Positions 1-10,116 of a DNA stretch of 64,000 bases are shown piece by piece. Below the pieces are notes generated by a model. That model had not been told where the DNA came from. It did not search any database and worked only from the letters and a program-made list of their open reading frames with translations. The stretch is from contig OX597827.1 in NCBI GenBank assembly GCA_951406725.2, positions 12,028,001 to 12,092,000 on the forward strand. The letters are read 5' to 3'. A program made the position numbers and the translations under genes. The first letter of the stretch is position 1. Each line of letters starts with the position of its first letter. The DNA is from Octopus vulgaris (lineage: Eukaryota).

Positions 1-544
1 TTCAAATGAAAAACAAAAGTGTATTGTTAATATATTTGAAACCTTTGAGAAAATGGAAGAATCGGCAATAAAGAAAGGTAGAGGCTATTCGTTCGTCTCA
101 TCTTAATGGATCTGCTGTTTATACTCGTGGGAATCTATTCAAAGATCCAATTAACTATTCAGCAAATGGAAGAAACTACTTGATAGATCAACTTTGACCA
201 GGCTAAAGCAAAAGATGATGGAACTAAAAGAGAATTCAGCTAACTAAACATTACAAGAACCTAAAGATGTTTATTTCATACATTAAGTAATGTCTACAGA
301 TCTTTTACTTATACACACATGTTCACACCCACATATATATGCATATATACATGTGTGTGTGTGTGTGTGTGCATATGTGTATGTAATTGTGCATATATAT
401 ATATATATTTGTGTAGGTATGTGCTTGAATATGTGTGTATATATATATGTGTAGATGTATATATGTCTATATGTTAATATGTTTATTCATATGTACTGAT
501 ATATTCTTACACACACATATATATATAAATTGTATAAGTATATC

Positions 545-593
545 GATCTATCTATCTATCTATCTATCTAGCTAGCTAGCTAGCTAGCTAGCG

Positions 594-635
<42 letters not shown>

Positions 636-636
636 G

Positions 637-671
<35 letters not shown>

Positions 672-673
672 TC

Positions 674-718
<45 letters not shown>
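545..718. repeat. (ATCT)n/(AGCT)n plus (TA)n microsatellite
   Basis: Direct reading. Confidence 0.95.
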
Positions 719-719
<1 letters not shown>

Positions 720-1094
720 TTGAAGAGAGAGATTTTGATATTTCTTTAGGACTAACAGTTTAAAGTTGTATTCACACATCTAATAAATATTTATGTCAGC
801 CATATTAATTATTTTATCATCATTTGCCTAGCTCTGCAGTTTCAAACACTTTCAAGAATTCTTGAAGGAAATCTTTTATAATTGATTGCCATTCTAAAAC
901 AGCATCTATAATCCAACTCAGAAGACAAAGTCAAAAGGAGTTAAGTGGTTTGCAGCTTAAGACACAATCTATTGCTCCCAAATTTTTTTGTTTTATTTTG
1001 ATGGGGTTTATTCAGAGGAGAAAGGGTAGTGCCTGAATCTCTTTCTCAAGACCTTTCACCTCTGACACTAGTGGAGGGAAAGTAGTCAGGGAGT

Positions 1095-1130
<36 letters not shown>

Positions 1131-1390
1131 GTTTAACGTCCGCTTTCCATGCTAGCATGGGTTGGACGGTTCAACTGGGGTCTGGGAAGCCAGGAGGCTG
1201 CACCAGGCCAGTCAGATCTGGCAGTGTTTCTACAGCTGGATGCCCTTCCTAACGCCAACCTCTCTGAGAGTGTAGTGGGTGATTTTATGCGCCACCGACA
1301 CAGGTGCCAGACGAGGCTGGCGAACGGCCACGCTCGGATGGTGTTTTTTATGTGCCACTGACACAGGTGCCAGATGAGGCTGGCGAACAT
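1095..1390 (-). mobile_element. RTE-related SINE ('family C') with (GAT)n tail
   Basis: Minus strand GGTTGGCGTTAGGAAGGGCATCCAGCTGTAGAAAC...CCCATGCTAGCATGGAAAGCGGACGTTAAAC(GAT)n; homologous copies at 14525-14757 and 50955-51272. Confidence 0.8.
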
Positions 1391-1629
1391 GATTATGTTT
1401 TGTTTTATGTATTGTTGTTGTTATTGTTTAGCGCCAGATCAGCCTTTATTAGGTAGTCTTATGACGAAAGGTATTCCAACTACATCCTGACTCCTTAAGG
1501 GTATTTATGAAACCCCACATACAAATGTGGTTGTTTGCTTTTAATTTTCTGTGAAAGACACATAAAGCTATGAAAAAATATTACCTTGCTTGGAAGCAGG
1601 TGAGCATTGGTGACAGAAAGGTAACCAAC

Positions 1630-2023
1630 TTACTAACAATAACTCTGAGCACCTTTTCAAACTCTACCTGTCTAACACCCGTGGACATGTTTACAAAGTC
1701 AGTAAACAGCACAGCTCCCATGACTTTCGGAAACATTTTTTCACGATAAGAGTTACTGAAGCACGGAACAAACTGCTGGCATCAGTTGTTAGTTGTCGGA
1801 GCACTGCATCCTTCAAAACTTCCATGCTTCCTGAGATTCGCCAACACTACACCTGATTTTCTCTCCTCCATACACACACAAGCATGTATCTGACTCATAC
1901 ACTGTTCACTTCCCAGACATTTGTACATTACTTCATATGCTTTATACACACTTTTGACAAGTTATGGTGCACCTGAGCACTGTATACAATAATTTCATTA
2001 TTATTATTATTATTATTATTATA

Positions 2024-2055
<32 letters not shown>
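1630..2055 (+). mobile_element. 5'-truncated CR1-clade LINE (ORF2 C-terminus, 3'UTR, (ATT)n tail)
   Basis: TNNNSEHLFKLYLSNTRGHVYKVSKQHSSHDFRKHFFTIRVTEARNKL...HYT*; same family as 59815-60358. Appears nested in an older family-C-like copy (~1580-1625 and ~2060-2135). Confidence 0.85.
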
Positions 2056-2218
2056 GTATTTGGCACTAGAAAAATCTGCTGCAACTAAATCTGTCTGACC
2101 CATGAAAGCATAAAAATTGAATGTTAAAGGATGGTAATCGTTTAGCTTTTAACCTTGTTTATAAATTCTATAAGTATATCGATCTATCTATCTATCTATC
2201 GAATTATCTATCTATCTA

Positions 2219-2308
<90 letters not shown>

Positions 2309-2311
<3 letters not shown>

Positions 2312-2605
2312 GACCCTGTTATCTCACCTATTTTTGCTCTTGCGTCCCACGTTTGACCTCTGATTTCTGGCCAGAATCAGATCGCCATGTTGAATCGCTA
2401 GCTTCTGCACGCATTTTTTTTCTCACATTTTTTTCTCTCCTTGTTTCTTTCTGTGTTTCTTTTCTGTGTATCTTTCTGTCAAAGAGCATAGGCTCGAAAC
2501 GTAAAAGACTTGTTTTATTTATATTCTTGAGCGCCATACTAATACAATTGTTTGTTTGTACTCCACCTGCCTTTGTCTTTTGTTTATTTTCATAAAGCTT
2601 CCCGT
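2309..2605 (+). mobile_element. Penelope-like terminal fragment inserted in (TA)n
   Basis: Flanked by (TA)n, contains AGAGCATAGGCTCGAAACGT, homologous to 61347-61551. The Penelope assignment is inference. Confidence 0.55.
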
Positions 2606-2733
2606 TATATATATATATATATTTGGAGAGAGAGATTTTGATATTTCTTTAGGACTAACAGTTTAAAGTTGTATTCACACATCTAATAAATATCTATGTC
2701 AGCCATATTGATTATTTTATCATCATTTGCCTA

Positions 2734-3163
2734 TTTCACTTGTTTCAGTCATTAGACTGTGGCCATGCTGGAGCACCCCCTTGAAGAATTTTTAGTCGAA
2801 TGAATTGACCCCAATACGTCTTTCTTATTTTTAAGCTTGGTTTTCTAATTCTATCAGTCTCATTTACTAAACCACTACATTACAGAGATGTAAACACACC
2901 AACACCGGTTGTCAACCAGTGGTGCAGGACAAACACAGGCACAAAGACACACAGACACATGTATACATACATTCATGTGTGTGTGTGTGTGTGTGTGTGT
3001 ATGTATATAGGATGGCTTCTTTCAATTTCCATCTACCAAATCCACTCACAGGGCTTTCAGTTGGCCTGAGGCTATAGCAAAAAAACACTTGCCTAAAGTG
3101 TCGCACAGTGGGATTGAACCCAGAACCATGTGGCTGGGAAGCAAGGTTCTTACCACACAGCCA
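2734..3163 (-). mobile_element. SINE family A (older variant)
   Basis: tRNA-like head TGGCTGTGTGGTAAG, internal (TG)n, tail GGTGCTCCAGCATGGCCACAGTC..TGACTGAAACAAG. Confidence 0.85.
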
Positions 3164-3679
3164 ATAACGTTAGAGATGATTTGGCTGCAGTTTAGACATT
3201 TCAGAGAAAGTGGCCAGCGAAATAAGCACCAGGCTTAGAATAAATCCTCGGGGTCAGTTTAATCAACTAAAATGTCTTGAAGGCAGTGATCCAGCATGGC
3301 CACAGTCCAATGATCAAGACGAGTAAAAAAAGAATCTCAGCTAATTTTCTTCTCTCCCCATTAGTGCAAATTAACTTTTCTTTATGTCCCCAACTCCCAC
3401 CACCACCACTCCTGCTGCTCCTCCTCCTGCTGCTCCCGTTTTACAGACGAAGTTTGATATGAATCAGAATCAAAATAAAATTGATAAAGATTTTATTTGT
3501 CCTGTTGCCATGATTGTAAACACTGAACGAGATTTTTAGGGTCATAAATTTCAATTTGATCGTCTTAGATGAGAGATAAGGGGACAGCTGGAATAAAGAG
3601 AATGTAGATTGGACAGGGATCAGAAGATGGTGAAGGAGCAGCGTTAGGGACCACCAGCGGACAGAATGAGATGAGCACA

Positions 3680-4362
3680 GGGATGGTGGTGGTGGTGTTG
3701 GCGGCAGTAGCCGTTGTTGCTGTTGCTTTTGTTGTTGTTGTTGTTATTGTTGTTGTTGATGGTGTTGGAGATGGTGGTGGTGGTGGTGGTGGTGGTGGTA
3801 TTAGTGGTTGTCATTGTTGTTGTCATTGGTATTGTTGTTGTTGTTGCTCTCAATGTTATCGTTGTTTGCGGTGGCAGTCACAACAGTTTTAGTACTACTT
3901 TAGGTTGTTGTTGTTGTTAGTAGTAGTGGTAGTGGTGGTGGTGTGGGCAGCAGTGGAGATGGCAGCGGAGGCAGCGGCAGAGGCGGTGGAGGCAGTGGCA
4001 GAGGCGGCGCTGGAGGCGGTGGAGGAAGTGACAGAGGTGGCGGAGGAGGTGGTGGAGGCAGCGGCAGAGGTGGCGCTGGAGGCAGTGGAGGCAGTGGCAG
4101 AGGTAGCGGAGGCAGCGGCAGAGGTGGCGCTGGAGGTGGTGGAGGCAGTGGCAGAGGTGGCGCTGGAAGCAGTGGAGGCAGTGGCAGAGGTAGCGGAGGC
4201 AGCAGCAGAGGTGGCAGCGGAGGCAGCAGCAGAGGCGGCGCTGGAGGCAGTGGAGGCGGTGTGGCAGTGGAGGCAGTGGAGGCAGCAGCAGTGATGGTGG
4301 TGGTGCTGCTGCTGCTACTGGTAATGGTGGTGATTTTGGTAGGTGATGGTTGTAGTAGTGGC
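3680..4362. repeat. Compound (GGT/GTT)n and GGCAGTGGCAGAGG-type G-rich tandem repeat
   Basis: Direct reading; triplet-periodic, with repeated ggcagtggcagaggtggcgctggaggc blocks. Confidence 0.9.
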
Positions 4363-4997
4363 AATGAGAAGATTTACTCAAACCTACAGAGAAAATGAGT
4401 TCCTGAAGAATAACGCAAGTTCCTAATGATTAAATTAACGAGTGACAGAAGCAGGTAAGGGATAAAAAGCAACCATGGCATGAACAAATTTATCATTTAC
4501 ATAATCATCATAATCAAGAAATCAATGAGAGACCCTCTCCGTAGTTATTCAACCTGTTAAACATGATAGTCCAGTCTACCATAAAACCACATATCACAAT
4601 TCAAAACAAAAAAAGAATGAAAATTCACATTGGAGAGGTTCTTTTAAATAGCTTTAAAATGTCACTAGTAGAAAGCTTTGAATCATAGTTTTATTCAGAT
4701 TAGGGCCTCTACAGGTCAGGGTTGACTTTACATCTGAGCCTGTACATGTAACCTTTTGTATGATTTTTGAAGAAGACTGGAAGTTAGTTGTGCAGGCAAG
4801 TCTTTCCTCTTTATGCCACCAAATTTATTCGAGCTGCCACTTTGGCACCTGTGTCATCAGAAGTGTTGCTTTCAGGTAGAAAGAACCAGAACACAAATGG
4901 AGTGAAGCATCTTACTTGATGTTCAAATAATTCCACTAATCCAGTCTTAGATAGATACTTTTTTTTTTTACATTGAGAGCCTCCAGAAAGATGAAAG

Positions 4998-5347
4998 GTA
5001 CTTACTTACTTATACTTGTGGCGGCATTCACCCTGGAAGAAGTTTTGTGGGAATATGTGAATTTCACAAGCGGTCCCCAACAATCCCACATGTGGAGACA
5101 TCCTGTTTGCCGCAGATTGTCTGCAGACGCAGGGACAGAACGACCAATGAGCCACCGGTTGCCAAAGCAGACACTCCGAGGAATTTCACCAGAGCTGCCC
5201 CGTCTGCCGGGTTGTGGCCCTAATACCACTAGGTGTCAGACCAATCCGCCTTGGGTGGCCCTACCAGGAACCGAAGTTCCCGACGGCATAGCTCTGACAC
5301 TACCCGTTGCCAGCGTCCCCACCACAGTGAAGAGGGGATGGACTTTG
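4998..5347 (-). mobile_element. Non-autonomous RTE-derived element with (TAAG)n tail
   Basis: Minus strand GAGCTATGCCGTCGGGAACTTCGGTTCCTGGTAGGGCCACCCA resembles RTE 5'UTRs; ends ...CACAAGTATAAGTAAGTAAGTA. Confidence 0.55.
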
Positions 5348-5520
5348 GGTACATCTGACTCTGACATGATTTGGATACAGAATGCAAAGAATCCGAAACT
5401 ATATCATTCGACAGAATGCCTTTTTCCATATTTGAGCTAAATTTATGACTGGCAGCTGTATATTATTGGGTAGTAGAATAACTGCAATTTAACATTATTT
5501 AGAAAAAAAAAAAAGGGAAT

Positions 5521-5929
5521 AGGTGCAGGAGTGGCTGTGTGGTAAGTAGCTTGTTTACCAACCACATCGTTCCGGGTTCAGTCCCACTGCGTGGCACCTT
5601 GGGCAAGTGTCTTCTACTATAGCCTTGGGCCGACCGATGCCTTGTCAGTGGATTTGGTAGATGGAAACTGAAAGAAGCCCGTCGTATATTTGTATATATA
5701 TATATGCATGTGTGTGTTTGTGTGTCTGTGTTTTTCCCCCTAGCATTGCTTGACAACCGATGCTGGTGTGTTTACGTCCCCCGTTACTTAGCAGTTCGGC
5801 AAAAGAGACCGATGGAATAAGTACTGGGCTTACAAAAGAATAAGTCCCGGGGTCGAGTTGCTCGACTAAAGGCGGTGCTCCAGCATGGCTGCAGTCAAAT
5901 GACTGAAACAAGTAAAAGAGTAAAAGAGT
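5521..5929 (+). mobile_element. SINE family A, full length
   Basis: Head GGTGCAGGAGTGGCTGTGTGGTAAG, B-box-like GGTTCAGTCCC, CORE-like ACCTTGGGCAAGT, tail (GTAAAAGA)n. Confidence 0.92.
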
Positions 5930-6089
5930 AATCCGAAACTATATCATTAGACAGAATGCCTTTTTCCATATTTGAGCTAAATTTATGACTGGCAGCTGCA
6001 TATTATTGGGTAGTAGAATAACTTCTTAACATAGCTTAACCAAAATATCTCATCAACTGCGATTTAACATTATTTAGAAAAAAAAAAAA

Positions 6090-6180
6090 GGGAATCCTTC
6101 GTCAGAAATTCCTCACTGGAGATTTAGATTGATGCCCTATGATTACTGATTACAGTTCGTAAAAGCTATCTACAATCCCG
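6090..6180 (+). pseudogene. Gypsy RNase H C-terminal remnant
   Basis: GNPSSEIPHWRFRLMPYDY*LQFVKAIYNP resembles the Gypsy RW.LRL.PYDF.I.Y.PG..N.AD motif. Confidence 0.6.
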
Positions 6181-6555
6181 GTAAAAAGTTTGTTTCCCAA
6201 CCACACGGTCCCAGGTTCAAGTCTCACTGCATGACACATTGGGCAGGTGTATGGCTTCAAGCAACCTAGACCTTGTGAGTAGATTTGATAGACAGAAACT
6301 GAAAGAAGACCATTGTATCTATAGCCATATATATATATCTATACGTGTGTGTCTTTGTGTCTGTGTTTGTCCTCCACCACCATTTGACAACCAATGTTGG
6401 TTTGTTTACATTCCCAAAAATTTTTCAGTTTAACTACGAGGCTAATTGCCAGGCTTTAAAAAATGTGCTGAGGTCGATTTGTTTGATTAAAAACACTTCA
6501 AAGCTGTATCCCAGAATGGCCACATTCTAATGATTGAAACAAGTAAAAAATAAAC
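6180..6555 (+). mobile_element. SINE family A (diverged)
   Basis: Colinear but degenerate match to 5521-5929. Confidence 0.75.
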
Positions 6556-6654
6556 GATACCAAACAATAATAATAATAATAGAGTTTTAACATTTTGCTT
6601 CTCCAAAGCATTTTCAAAATTTGTTCTGAACATCCAATGCTTGTTTTCAGCCAT

Positions 6655-7311
6655 TTACTCTTTTACTCTTTTACTTGTTTCAGTCATTTGATTGTGGCCA
6701 TGCTGCAGCATCGCCTTTAGTCGAGCAAATCGACCCCAGGACTTATTCTTTGTAAGCCTAGTACTTATTCTATCGGTCTCTTTTGCTGAACCTATTTCTT
6801 TACTACCCACTAGGGGCTAAACACAGAGAGGACAAACAAGGACAGACAAACGGATTAAGTCGATTATATCGACCCCAGTGCGTAACTGGTACTTATTTAA
6901 TCGACCCCGAAAGGATGAAAGGCAAAGTCGACCTCGGCGGAATTTGAACTCAGGACGTAACGGCAGACGAAATACCACTAAGCACTTCGTCCGGCATGCT
7001 AACGTTTCTGCCAGCTCGCCGCCTTTCTCTTTTGCTGAACCGCTACGTTACGGGGACGTAAACACACCAGCACCAGTTGTCAAGCGATGTTGGGGGTGAC
7101 AAACACTGACACACAAACATATACACACATATACACACATATACATACATATATATACATATATACGATGGGCTTCTTTTAGTTTCCGTCTAGCAAATCC
7201 ACTCACAAGGCTTTGGTTGGCCTGAGGCTATAGTAGAAGACACTTGCCCAAGGTGCCACGCAGTGGGACTGAACCCGGAACTATGTGGTCGGTAAACAAA
7301 CTACTTACCAC
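6655..7311 (-). mobile_element. SINE family A interrupted by a family B copy
   Basis: The two parts (6655-6792, 7026-7311) join into one family A copy. Confidence 0.9.
6793..7025 (-). mobile_element. SINE family B (Meta/MESC-like domain), full length, 16-bp TSD
   Basis: Head GGCGGCGAGCTGGCAGAA, GAGTTCAAATTCC B-box, GCCTTTCATCCTTTCGGGGTCGAT domain; TSD TCTCTTTTGCTGAACC at 6777-6792 and 7026-7041. Confidence 0.92.
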
Positions 7312-7344
7312 TTGTGTCCAAATCATGTCAAAGTCAGATGTACC

Positions 7345-7578
7345 TATTTCTTTACTACCCACAAGGGGCTAAACACAGAGAGGACAAACAAGGACAGACA
7401 CACGGATTAAGTCGATTACATCGACCCCAGTGCGCAACTGGTACTTATTTAATCGACCCCGAAAGGATGAAAGGCAAAGTCGACCTCGGCGGAATTTGAA
7501 CTCAGAACGTAACTGCAGACGAAATACAGCTACGCATTTCGCCCGGCATGCTAACGTTTCTGCCAGCTCTCCGCCTTT
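7345..7578 (-). mobile_element. SINE family B, full length
   Basis: Near-identical to 6793-7025. Confidence 0.9.
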
Positions 7579-7836
7579 CATCCTTTCATCCTTCTGGAGG
7601 GTCTCAATGCAAAAAAAGTATGTGAAATTTTAATTGGAAATGCACTTCCTAAGCTATGGCCTTATCTAATTTATTAAAACATTCAAAAGAACAGTTGGAG
7701 TGTGCAAATAGTAAATGATCAAAGAAATATTTGAATTGGTAAAGGGAAAAATTCAACAGCTAAAATTATAAAACTAGTGTTTACAGTGGCATCATGTATC
7801 ATTCTGTGAAGAAATTGAATGTCATTCTTTAGAATA

Positions 7837-7961
7837 AAATTACTAAGCAATGCTCATTAGTGTCATGCCGGAACAGAATGGGGAAAATCTTGTAAAGAAT
7901 TAAATATGGTGTCTCAAAATTAATAGTTACCAAAAATTAAGAATCGTCTTGTAATATGTGC
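7837..7961 (+). pseudogene. Gypsy integrase HHCC zinc-finger remnant
   Basis: KLLSNAH*CHAGTE ... SSCNMC, with stops and frameshifts. Confidence 0.55.
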
Positions 7962-7969
7962 TTCTTGGA

Positions 7970-8405
7970 AGGTGGTGATCTGGCAGAATCATTAGCACGC
8001 CAGATGAAATGCTTAGCACTATTTCGTCTGCCGTTACGTTCTGAGTTCAAATTCTGCCGAGGTCGACTTTGCCTTTCATCCTTTCAGGGTCAATAAATTA
8101 AGTACCAGTTATACACTGGGGTCAATGTAATTTGATTTAATCTCTTTGTCTGTCCTTGTTTGTCCCCTCTATGTTTAGCCCCTAGTGAGCAATAAAGAAA
8201 TAAGAGTCATTAGCATGCCAAGTAAAATGCTTAGTGGCATTTTATCTGTCTCTGTGTTCTGAGTTCAAATTGTGCTGAGGTCATTTTGCTTTTCATTCCC
8301 TCAGGGTTGATAAATTAAGTACCAGTTGGTTACAGGGGGCAACGTAATTAACTTACCCTCCTGCCACCTCAAATTGCTGGGTCTGTGTTGTGTCAAAATT
8401 TGAGA
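7970..8405 (+). mobile_element. Two adjacent SINE family B copies (young 7970-8202, older variant 8205-8405)
   Basis: Both carry the GAGTTCAAAT box and the TTTCAT.CC...GGG.TGATAAATTAAGTACC domain. Confidence 0.85.
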
Positions 8406-8474
8406 CTAACTTGTGTGCTTCTTGAACCATAAGAGGTTCGGAGGGCCTTAATAAAATATTTAAGGCTAAACGTC

Positions 8475-9310
8475 TAGAAAGTACTACATAGGCACAGGAG
8501 TGGCTGTGTGGTAAGTAGCTTGCTTACCAACTACATGGTTCCGGGTTCAGTTCCACTGTGTGGCACCTTGAGCAAGTGTCTTCTGCTATAGCCTCGGGCC
8601 GACCAATGCCTTATCAGTGGATTTGGTAGAAGGAAACTGAAAGAAGCTCGTCGTATATTTGTATATATATATATGAGTGTGTGTGTATATGTTTGTGTGT
8701 CTGTGTTTGTCCCCCTAGCATTGCTTGACAACCGATGCTGGTGTGTTTACGTCCCCATCACTTAGCGGTTCGGCAAAAGAGACCAATAGAATAAGTACTG
8801 GGCTTACAAAAGAATAAGTCCCGGGGTCGAGTTGCTCGATTAAAGGCGGTGCTCCAGCATGGTCGCAGTCAAATGACTGAAACAAGTAAAAGAGTAAAAG
8901 AGAGAGTATATTGATTTCAAAGATCTGCAACCCAGTAAAGAATCACTTTTAATTATAGAAGATGCTGCGTCACGTTAGCTAGAGATATTTGTCACGATGT
9001 TGGTTATAGCTCCTAATTTGATCAGCCTGGGTGGAATTCCTTTTTGCATCAAGAGGGAATTCCTCAAAGAATTGTTTCCAACAACAGTCCTCAGTTTATA
9101 AGCTGTGATTTTAAAGAGCATTTAGAACATTGGGGAATACAACACTGAGGAGTTCGATGCTCTGTCATCCTTGAGTGAATGCTGTTGTAGAGAGAGAGTC
9201 GGTAAAAACCTTTGGTAAAGTAATTAAGTAAATCACCAATCCAAGAAGGCAAGCAGTGGAGAAAAGACATTCAGAAGTTGTTTATTGCATTACAGGAACA
9301 AACAATGACA
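8475..9310 (+). pseudogene. Gypsy integrase catalytic core remnant, split by the SINE at 8491-8906
   Basis: Joining across the SINE gives *KVLHIDFKDLQPSKESLLIIEDAASR*LEI; then EGIPQRIVSNNSPQFISCDFKEHLEHWGIQH, NAVVER and EGKQWRKDIQK.LLHYRN. It resumes after the microsatellite as EKLLLFSRVRLPEL (~9857-9898). Confidence 0.8.
8491..8906 (+). mobile_element. SINE family A
   Basis: Full-length match to 5521-5929; splits the integrase VLH|IDF codons. Confidence 0.92.
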
Positions 9311-9311
9311 T

Positions 9312-9349
9312 CACCACTACTAGTGCTGCTGCTGCTACTACTACTGCTG

Positions 9350-9404
<55 letters not shown>

Positions 9405-9838
9405 CACTACCACCACCACCACCACCACAACTGCCACAACCACCACCACAATCACCACCACCACAACTACAACTGCCACAACCACCACCACAATCACCAC
9501 CACCACAACCACAACTACTGCCATTGCCACCACCACAATCACCACCACCACCACAACGACTACCACTACAACCACAACCAACACCACCACAACCACCGCA
9601 ACCACCACAACCACCGCCACCACCACAACCACCACCACAACCACCACAACCACCACAACAACTACCACTACCACCACAACCACAACCACCACAACCAACA
9701 CCATCCCCACCACAACCACCACCACTACCACCACCACTGTTACTATCACTAGCACTGCTAATAACAACTAACTCCATCACCAGTATCACCACGACGACCA
9801 CTGCCATCACTATCACCACCACCACCACCACCACCTCC
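9312..9838. repeat. (ACT)n/(ACC/ACA)n compound microsatellite
   Basis: Direct reading. Confidence 0.95.
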
Positions 9839-10116
9839 GATAATTCTTTAGACGGGAGAAGCTTCTGTTATTTAGTAGAGTAAGGCTTCCAGAACTAAAA
9901 GACTTCTTGTGACTAACACTTTGTTTAGATAAATACTTTAGTGTGGAACTGCATTATTGGACTGGAATAAGCCCCTTACTTACAAGAAACACACTGCTTG
10001 AAAGCATATTGGTGGAAAGATAAATTGTTAGAAAGAGAAGCTGGTTGGAAACATATTAAGTGACATCAAATACATTGAGAGTCATACGCATCACAAAATA
10101 TTTGTAGAAATACATA

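Larger units (their letters stand above)
58..9900 (+). mobile_element. Highly degraded Gypsy/Ty3 LTR-retrotransposon pol, fragmented by later insertions
   Basis: Manual translation gives colinear motifs: RT VEAIRSSHLNGSAVYT (~78-125), NKIDKDFICPVAMIVNTERDF (~3475-3540), *VPEE*RKFLMIKLTS (~4396-4443), RNase H HWRFRLMPYDY (~6114-6146), integrase zinc finger, core and C-terminal part (listed separately). The RT and connection matches are weak. Confidence 0.7.

Noticed and set aside
3900-4398. Gly/Ser/Arg-rich or Pro-rich 150-aa ORFs
   Set aside because: Triplet repeat open in most frames, no convincing start or splice context, and it lies inside the Gypsy fossil.
5499-5911. Recurrent ORFs such as MSSNARGTNTDTQT and FQSFDCGHAGAPP
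   Set aside because: Antisense translations of SINE family A, repeated at every copy.
5348-7344. 2-kb inversion bounded by inverted duplications
   Set aside because: The RNase H remnant inside keeps the same strand and order as the flanking pol motifs.
9256-9883. Poly-Thr mucin-like ORF, and similar homopolymer ORFs at 18.1, 27.5, 34.8, 36.4, 38.1, 40.4, 43.1 and 54.7 kb
   Set aside because: Pure microsatellite translations.
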